In this document: positions 34,701-42,019 of the stretch, piece after piece | How positions within the stretch are numbered: position 1 is the first letter of the stretch | How the letters are laid out: each line of letters opens with the position of its first letter | Assembly (NCBI GenBank): GCA_030167865.1 | Contig: JALAGF010001259.1 | Location: 1 to 42,019, forward strand | Reading direction: 5' to 3' | From: Craspedostauros australis | Lineage: Eukaryota | DNA length: 42,019 nucleotides | Translations under genes and position numbers: made by a program | The notes under the pieces: generated by a model | What the model was told of the DNA's origin: nothing | Database searches by the model: none | What the model saw: only the letters and a program-made list of their open reading frames with translations

Positions 34701-35000
34701 CCGTTGCTGCCGTTCCATCTCCTGGAAGAAGACATCATCGGGAGATGCATCGGGCGAGACGGGGTCGTACCATTGATTAATGTCGCTGTCATCGGAAGAC
34801 TTCTTTCGGTTGCGCTTGGCAAACAACGTCGTGCTTGTTCTGCTTGCTCTGCTCGTTGTTGCTGCAGCACCTGCCTTGGGCATTGGTTCTGGCGGTGGCA
34901 CCCATGATTGTACTGTCGTCGTTGCTGATGCAGCCACGAGAGCGACCAGCAGCCTTCCAAACGGAGGTTTGGGTAGAACTGACACAGTCCGATCAATCAT
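31790..35000 (-). CDS. xpt: ~869-aa protein: targeting peptide, acidic region, degenerate Ham1/ITPase-like domain and C-terminal xanthine phosphoribosyltransferase domain (3 exons)
   Basis: Exons 35000-34022, 33701-32662 and 32380-31790; GT-AG introns 34021-33702 (phase 1) and 32661-32381 (phase 0); total 2610 nt, in frame. Xpt motifs RVLKDGKVL..DIIDVSSFMETQID, TKILTVATTG, YARK, FSSKT, DRILVIDDFLSGG, GVGVLLEK. Confidence 0.85.
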
Positions 35001-35392
35001 GCTTCTTGAGCTGTGCGAGTGCGTGTGATGAAGTGGCATGGCAAGTGACGGAGCCAGTATATGAACCTATCGGGCGACGGGGCTTGTTCCTCCCGCTCTA
35101 CGAGCCACCTCCAGTCCAACCAAGGTGCTTCAACAATGTTGCTTTTGGTGCGCCCGAATGCAAATCCAAGCAACATGGTGATGTGCTTGGATCGCATCAC
35201 GACACCAAGCAACCTTCCCATCAGCCGAGGAACACACATCAAGCGGCAATCACCAAAAACTCCACGATTCCGTCTCTTCCGTTCTCGGGAATGATTTGGA
35301 TACTTGTCACAGATTTTTGTTTGGCGTTGATGAGTGAGTCGTATTAGTCCGACAGTCTCTCACCACATTCACCTGTTCGACATCCGTATCCG

Positions 35393-35408
35393 GAGGTGAC
35401 GTCATCTC
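35393..35408. promoter_or_regulatory. Candidate bZIP (CRE-type TGACGTCA) site in the divergent xpt-fusion / carrier promoter
   Basis: GAGGTGACGTCATCTC is a near-perfect 16-bp palindrome near the centre of the 841-bp intergenic region; a second TGACGT lies at 35462-35467. Confidence 0.35.
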
Positions 35409-35841
35409 AACAGTTCGAGGATCATCCAGTTGGATTGAACCAATCAGAATGCTTCGATTCATGACGTGATGGGTCATCTTTTTGAAAACACGCACAGACA
35501 CAACACTGCGCACGCCAACGTGCGTCACAACAGGCCTGTGTGTGGGATGACCAACACCAACAACAACCGGCCAAAACTGCACACAAGGCACAACGACGCA
35601 ACGCAGCCAGTACGACGCGAAGGCGCAAAGTCCATGAATTCGCAAGATCCTTCACCATCAGCTTCGGCCACCTCCCTCGTCTTCACAAGAAGAACGAAAG
35701 CAAGACAAGACGAACAAGCACAGACACTCCACCATCACAATACCATAATCCACTGGTACTGAATCATATTATATTGTATTGTATGATATAATACATACTC
35801 ATCCATTTGCAACAGCACCATAATCGAAGAGAAACAACAAG

Positions 35842-37695
35842 ATGTCGGAAAAGAAGGAAGAAACGGAGTTGTCGTTCCGCGAGGTGATGCAGAAAGCATC
35901 CAAATCGGCCATCCGCGGAGGAACGGCCGGTGCCGTCGCCATGGGTGCCAACGTCGCCTGTCTCATGTGGATGCGAACAACCGTGAGTACTCTGGACATG
36001 CCGATGCTCATGCATTGGCTCACGTACCCAAGGTTGCTGCTGCTGCTATTGCGCAACGCACGGCCCCGATCAAAATGAAGAGCGTGGAATCATGCCTTCG
36101 ATGCAGACGTATCGGATCCTGTTGAATTTGGAATTTGGAACGACGTGGAGCACAAACCATCATGTCAAAGGTCGAAAGATGTAATTCTCCCAACGCAAAG
36201 GGGAATGCGCGAGGGACCACTTGTCAAACCCCTTTGATGTTCCATGATTGCAATGGTGATTGGAATTGGCAGACAGCTCAAGCAATTCGGAGCCTGGGCA
36301 AGGTCGAAAGCACATGGAACAAAAAGGAACATTATTGATGGTCTTGCAGACACGTGCTCGTCCCCCCGCCATGCTCATGCCAAAAGACAGTCTTGAACTT
36401 TCCCTCAAGTCTTCCATCGAATTCCCGCTCACCACCTCGTCCATTCCTTCATGTACTCTTTGCCATGCCACCCATCACCATGTCCAATCCAATGACGACG
36501 AAAACGGCGACGACGTCAACCTCATCAATCAATACGTCAATCAATACGTCAATCAATACGTCAATCAATATGCCAATCAATATGCCAATCAATATGCCAA
36601 TGCATCAATCTGCAGGTCAACTACCAATACCGCAACGGAACCACCTTCCCAGTGGCCCTCCGCACGCTTTACGCAGATGGTGGTATCCCGCGTTTCTACC
36701 GTGGCGTCTTGCCAGCCCTTTTCCAAGGACCATTGTCGCGATTTGGTGACACTGCGGCCAACACGGGTGTCCTCACTCTGCTCAATTCTCTCGAAAGCAC
36801 CAAGGATCTTGCGGTTGGTGTCAAGACCATTGCGGCCTCCGCATCTGCCGCCATCTTTCGTATCTTCCTGATGCCAATCGATACCGTCAAGACGACCGTG
36901 AGTTGACAATCCATTGATCGGTGCCAATTTCGCCTTGCAATTACATCTACGTGTGCAATGCGGCGCAGTGCGACATGTGATGTATATGTTCACGTGAGAG
37001 AGAGTGCTGCCGGTGCACTCTCTCGTTGCAGTGCCATGTTGAAATCAATGAAAGCGATCAGGTGCAGCATGGGCTTCGTGACAATATTCAGTGCATGGGA
37101 CGTTGGTTTGATTGGCTCTGATTGAGCTGAATGCCTGTTGTGCCGTATCCATTCTTCTTCAATTCTGCTTGCAAATGAGTCTCACCCTCGTCACCATTGT
37201 TCATCATTCATCCCTCGCCGCCACTAAATCCATGACTGCTCCTCACAGATGCAAGTCACAGGAAAATTCAGCGTCGTCGTGGACAAGGTCAAGGCAACCG
37301 GACCTCTCGCCTTGTACAACGGAAGTCTCGCTGCCGCATCCGCCACCTTCGTCGGACATTACCCATGGTTCTTCACCTACAACTACCTCAGCGAACGCAT
37401 CCCCAAGCAGGACACGCAGCTCGGCGAGCTCGGCCGTCGTGCCATCCTCGGTTTCTGCTCCTCGGCCGTCTCCGACACCTGCTCCAACAGCATCCGCATC
37501 TGCAAGGTCTACAAGCAATCCTATCCCGAACAGATATCTTACCCTCAGGTCGTGCGCAACGTCATCGCCGAGAGCGGCGTGAAGGGTCTCCTGTTCCGCG
37601 GATTGGAGACCAAGATCCTTTCCAACGGTCTGCAGGGAATTCTCTTCTCCGTGTTGTGGAAGCACTTTGAGGAGGTTCTGTTTCCAAAGAAGTAA
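35842..37695 (+). CDS. Mitochondrial carrier family (SLC25) protein (3 exons)
   Basis: Exons 35842-35982, 36616-36897 and 37249-37695; phase-0 GT-AG introns 35983-36615 and 36898-37248. Signature PIDTVKTTMQ, DGGIPRFYRG, ESGVKGLLFRG; repeats 1 and 3 have degenerate signatures (WMRTTVNYQ, SIRICKVYKQ). Confidence 0.9.
36527..36598. repeat. 12-bp minisatellite, 6 units, in intron 1 of the carrier gene
   Basis: (AATCAATACGTC)x3 followed by (AATCAATATGCC)x3, ending 17 nt before the exon 2 boundary. Confidence 0.95.
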
Positions 37696-38344
37696 GCGAA
37701 GAAACGATGACATGGCATCAGCACATCAATCGTGGTTGCGTACGTGCGTTCGTGTGCAAACTCCGGAGTACTCTGCTCTTCCATGCACCACGTGCCTGCC
37801 ATTGATCGGACACCGCTACGCCAAACCGGAAAGTAACCGGTGCCAATGATGAAGAAGAGGCACGCAAGAGTGGCATCCAAACGTCTCCGCGTGGTATTTC
37901 ACTGGTCTCTCATCCATTCATCCACGCAACAATCCATACAAACATAAAGAAAAAACTCTTTGCACATGCTTCACATAGCCTAATTCCACCAGACGCATAT
38001 CCATGCCACTCTCTCGAGAGTAGTATAAAAGTATCGCCGTTACCTGCTTTCATTTCGAATGTCAATGTTCATGAGAGCCCCGCTGCAATCCAAGACAACA
38101 CAGCGCAAGTGACGAACTGATTTTCTGCTGCTGCTGATGTTGTTTGGCACATGTCCAATCCGTTGTCAAATGCATGGGCTGATACATGGCAGAACCAGTA
38201 CTCTGAATACTACTCGTAGTTCGACGACGCTTTGAATGGAAATGCAACGAATTTTCTATTGCTGACATAGCTGCCTTACCTGTTTCTCTATACTAGTACA
38301 CTTTGTACAAATGGGTGATACGTGTCCACGCGATTGGATGCTCC

Positions 38345-40060
38345 TCAACGCAACCGCACCCTCTTCCGCTGAGGCGCGGCCGGCAATTCCGGGACATTGC
38401 TCTCGGCATCCTCGATCCACCGACTGCGCCGATCCAAAAAGGTCTTCATCTCGGCGCCATTTTGCGGCAATTCTTCCGCGGGCGTATCGGCGTAGTAGTC
38501 GGATGGAATCTCCTCCTTGTAATGCGCAAATAGTTCTCGCGTCAAGGACAGAGCGTACTGCGGAATCTTGCGATTGCGACGGAATTCTCGGATGGGAATA
38601 TCGGCGAGCACGTATCCTTCGTCGCTGTCGGAATCGAGCTCCTCCAGGACCGCGCCGTCGGGACCTACGATCATGGAATGGCCACCGTACTTGGGGAGCT
38701 TCGGGTAGGGAATATTGGACATGGCGGAGTACATCTGATTGGTCATGGCCGTGCAGATGACGTCCTCGCGGGAGAAGAGGGTGGATGTGCGCAGCATGAT
38801 CTCGGCGCCCTTCATGGCGAAGGCAGCGTAGACGAGGGGATCCATCTGGACGGTGGAGACGGCGAGGTTGCCGTATTCCGTTTGTATGACTGGGAATTCT
38901 GCATCCATGCCGTATAGTTCCTGGAACCTGGAGCGCACCGATTCGACGGTCGTGGTGGTGATCTCGAAGGTCTCGAAGAAGCGCTTGATGTTCTTCGCCT
39001 TCCAGATGGTCTGGTGGATGCGACCCTGTCGGTTGATGACGGTCTGCAAGCTGAGGACGTGGCCTGACCAATCGTCTTCGTCCTTGGCGTAGGCACCGAA
39101 GATGATGTAGACGTCGTGCTTCTTGGCGAGATCCAGCAACGGCTTAACGTAGGGCGAGTCTTCGGTGATCTGGATGGACCAATCGAGCTGCCGCTGGCGG
39201 TTCCACTGTGGACCAACGAGCCCACCAGTGAGGGGGAATTCGTGGAAGAGCAGGATGTCCGGTTTGCCGTCACTGTCGGATGACGAGCATGCCTTCTCTG
39301 CCCAGGAGAGCATGCTTTGCAGGTTCTTCTGCATTGCGGCCTCCCGTCGCTCCTCCTCGTTCAACCCACCCTTCGTTGCCGCATCGTCGGAGTAGAAGGT
39401 GGAGAGGTCCTGACAATCCGTTTGCATCGCGGCGATCTTGACATTGTCCTTCTCCAGCGGCTTGCATGGGTAAGATCCATCTGCTCTCACCGGGCGTTCC
39501 CTGTAGAACTTGGTGCGATCTCTGGCCCCGCTGGCCAGGACACGATGCTCCGGCATGCTGCTGCTGATGGAGGGTAAGAACTGCTGCTCGCGGCCCATCG
39601 TTGACGCTCCGATGCTGATTAAACCATCACGAGCGTTAGTGTCATCGCCAAAGTCAACATTGATGTTGCTGCAGCCATCAACCGAGGATGCGTGCCTCGA
39701 TGTTGCTGCGAAAAGTGGTTTGTGGAGAATGCCTGATCTTCTGCTCGTGCATGACCGAGTTCCGTCTTCAGTTGCTGGTGAGGAGAGCCTTCGGATGGTT
39801 GGATGCGTTTCCGAGGAAACCTGTGGCTGTCTTACCCGTCGTCCGCCTGCGTCCACGTTTGTGATGCTGTGGGTGAACAGTGCCGTTGTCGACAATGGCA
39901 CTGATGTTGATGTTGATGCTGACGTGGACGTTGAAATTGATGTGAATGATGGCGTTAATGATGGTGTGAATGATCGTGTTCGTGTTGTGAAGGTCGACGC
40001 CAGCGCTGAGACAGACACTGCTGCGGTTGCCATGAAGGCCATCGAGATGAAGGACTTCAT
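38345..40060 (-). CDS. Nitrilase-superfamily (carbon-nitrogen hydrolase fold) protein with signal peptide and Ser/Thr-rich N-terminal extension
   Basis: Likely ATG at 40060 (MKSFISMAFMATAAVSVSA). Fold motifs VKIAAMQ, PDILLFHEFPLTG, AKKHDVYIIFG, VINRQGRI...WK, PVIQTEYGNLAV, AMKGAEI, GGHSMIVGPDGAVL, EGYVLADI. Confidence 0.88.
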   Translation of the reverse strand: MKSFISMAFMATAAVSVSALASTFTTRTRSFTPSLTPSFTSISTSTSASTSTSVPLSTTALFTHSITNVDAGGRRVRQPQVSSETHPTIRRLSSPATEDGTRSCTSRRSGILHKPLFAATSRHASSVDGCSNINVDFGDDTNARDGLISIGASTMGREQQFLPSISSSMPEHRVLASGARDRTKFYRERPVRADGSYPCKPLEKDNVKIAAMQTDCQDLSTFYSDDAATKGGLNEEERREAAMQKNLQSMLSWAEKACSSSDSDGKPDILLFHEFPLTGGLVGPQWNRQRQLDWSIQITEDSPYVKPLLDLAKKHDVYIIFGAYAKDEDDWSGHVLSLQTVINRQGRIHQTIWKAKNIKRFFETFEITTTTVESVRSRFQELYGMDAEFPVIQTEYGNLAVSTVQMDPLVYAAFAMKGAEIMLRTSTLFSREDVICTAMTNQMYSAMSNIPYPKLPKYGGHSMIVGPDGAVLEELDSDSDEGYVLADIPIREFRRNRKIPQYALSLTRELFAHYKEEIPSDYYADTPAEELPQNGAEMKTFLDRRSRWIEDAESNVPELPAAPQRKRVRLR

Positions 40061-41166
40061 TGTTGCTGCTGTTGTTGCTGCTTTGGATGGTGGTGGATTC
40101 GACTTATGAGCCTTTGGAGTCTTCCCGTGCCGATCGTCGGTCTTTGGTTGTTGGTTGTCGATGGCTCTGCTAGTCGCACGATTTATGTGTCTGCCTGAGC
40201 TGTATTGATCGCGGACTTTGTGAGCTGACTGTGCGATTTGCGCATTCAAGAGACACAAGCAAAGGCAGAGCAATGGTGCGATTCTGATCCTGTTCGCGGA
40301 TGTGTGATGAAGAATGTGGTTTGATCGCTCGCTTCCTTGCTGACTTGCTAGCACCGTCTGATGGTCTGATGAGCATCCAGGCGAAAAACGGAGCTGAGGG
40401 TTCTTTTGTTTGCCGGCGAAAGAAGACTCTGCTCGCGCGCTTTGCCGATGCTCTCAAAGAGTGTCGTGATTGCGCGAGTGGGATGATGGATGCTGATGCC
40501 AACAATGCCAGTCCTACCAGCCCCCCAATCAAGATGTTTGCCTTCTGCAAACATGCGCCGCAACTGTCATTCGGACTCAGCGATGACACTTGCCCGGCTT
40601 CACACTTCTTTGTCGTTCCTGCAACACTGCGGCACCCTGCTCCATTTGTTCTCATTTCTTCGCGTTCGTCATCGCCCCGCTCTGATACTTCCTGGGCGCA
40701 ACAATCCGGAGCTTTTTGCCTTGTTCGTGTTTGGTCAACCCCTCTGATCACACGTGGGTATGTTCGTTTACTTGAATTCTGATTCTGTTGTTAGCGGACG
40801 ACTATGTTGGGTAAATTTAGTAACTGGCAACGACAGGTGTCAGTCTTCTGTTCACGGACAAAATGTCACGCTCCAATATTGTTCGAGATTTGGAACGATC
40901 GATTGCCACGCAAGCAGCAACCACACGCAAGGAACACGCAAGACAACAGCAACAACAATTTCACCACGGGAACCGCGGTAAATACGTTTTCGGCGTCGTT
41001 TTCCGATGGGACTCCATTGGTAGTCCAAGTAGTCATTGTGTAACATGTTCACAATCTAGAAGGTACTCCCATAGACAGTTCATCGACGTAGTGTGAACAT
41101 GGTATTACGGTTGGTCACTAGTTATGTTATGTTGGTTGTTCGTGCTGCATGGGACTCGCTCCACTC

Positions 41167-42019
41167 TTACTCAGTCTCTGTGGTATCGTCCTCCTTGGTG
41201 TCGGGGTTCTCCGATGGCGGGTTGACCTTCTCGGTCTTGGGGGTCACCGGCGGATAGTAATACTCCTCCCCGTCGTCGTCGTCTGACTCGCAGTCAATCT
41301 TAATCAACTCAGCCACACGAATCTTGCGAATGACCGTGGCGCAACGCTGGTTGCTGGCGCTGGAGACAACAGCGGAAGGCACCACGACGGGGTCAGGAAT
41401 ATCAGCGCGACGAGCACGTCTGCGAGCAGCAGTGCGGCGGGAAGCACGAGCAGACGTGTCCATCGAACCCACACTCACGCGAGATGATTGACGAGCGGAC
41501 TGCACAGTGAAAAGAAAGAACCCAAGGATGTGTGAGTGAACAAGTGGGAGTTGTGAAGAGCAGAAGACGAAACCGGTATCGAAAACACTTACCCTTGCAG
41601 AATGTCCTGATCCGGTAGCTCGGCGACCACGAGAAACTGTCATGCGAACAGGCGCAGGACGGGAAAACGTGCATTCGTCATCGGACGAACTGTAGTCATC
41701 CTCTCTCTGGTGAGCACGAGGGTTCAGCTTAAGTTTGCTATGCCTCTCTGTTCGCCTGTAACGCGCCAAGTTGGTGGCGCAATGGGTGACTGGGCTCGCG
41801 CTGTAAACCGGCACCATGCGCACGATCAGCAGGGGCGCATCAGTGTGCACATCGCTCTCCCGATCATTGATGCCAACAGAAGGATTGATAAAATCAATCC
41901 CATGCATGGCTTGGTCGGAGGTCATTTCAAACCGGTCACTGACTTGGATTGGCAAGAACTCCTTGTGCACACGGGCAGGCTGCGGGTGCCCACGACACAT
42001 GTTGCGAACTGCCAACGCG
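41167..42019 (-). CDS. 3' part of a hypothetical protein gene, truncated by the window edge; probable 93-bp intron
   Basis: Open frame from the edge to TAA at 41167-41169. Candidate in-frame intron 41592-41500 (GTAAGT...TGTGCAG, T-rich). Arg/Ser-rich then acidic C-terminus; no recognisable domain. Confidence 0.55.
   Translation of the reverse strand, partial: ALAVRNMCRGHPQPARVHKEFLPIQVSDRFEMTSDQAMHGIDFINPSVGINDRESDVHTDAPLLIVRMVPVYSASPVTHCATNLARYRRTERHSKLKLNPRAHQREDDYSSSDDECTFSRPAPVRMTVSRGRRATGSGHSARVSVFDTGFVFCSSQLPLVHSHILGFFLFTVQSARQSSRVSVGSMDTSARASRRTAARRRARRADIPDPVVVPSAVVSSASNQRCATVIRKIRVAELIKIDCESDDDDGEEYYYPPVTPKTEKVNPPSENPDTKEDDTTETE

Noticed and set aside
36527-36598. Repeat array considered as CRISPR-like
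   Set aside because: Units are 12 bp, directly adjacent, with no spacers and no cas genes, in a eukaryotic intron.
36260-36871. 203-aa ORF containing (NQYV)3(NQYA)3
   Set aside because: It lies mostly in carrier intron 1 and out of frame with exon 2; the peptide repeat is just the translated minisatellite.
40061-40354. In-frame N-terminal extensions in the ORF track (also 12775-13050, 18323-18871, 21718-22050)
   Set aside because: Downstream ATGs begin clear signal peptides or conserved domains, and the extensions have UTR-like composition.

Overview
Eukaryotic nuclear DNA, most likely from a diatom (inferred). Evidence: GT-AG introns of 93-633 bp, signal-plus-transit N-termini with an aromatic +1 residue, and several DUF6824-type genes. 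I can support 15 protein-coding genes. Three are closely related DUF6824-type paralogues within about 17 kb. The others encode a low-complexity unknown protein, a small secreted Cys/Asp-motif protein, a GT47/exostosin-like glycosyltransferase, mitochondrial-type PheRS, a plastid ALB3/YidC insertase, a sulfotransferase-like protein, a FIST-domain protein, a UBE2J/Ubc6 E2, a three-exon xanthine phosphoribosyltransferase fusion, a mitochondrial carrier, a nitrilase-fold protein and a gene cut by the right edge. The best lead is the Xpt gene: it encodes an ~869-aa, probably plastid-targeted protein whose middle aligns by eye to a catalytically degenerate Ham1/RdgB (ITP/XTP pyrophosphatase) fold. 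Other leads are the nitrilase-fold protein lacking its catalytic Cys, the targeted stand-alone FIST protein, and the DUF6824 cluster with a shared C-terminal motif and upstream TGACGT boxes. I found no supportable tRNA, rRNA, CRISPR array or transposon. All family calls come from motif recognition, not database searches.
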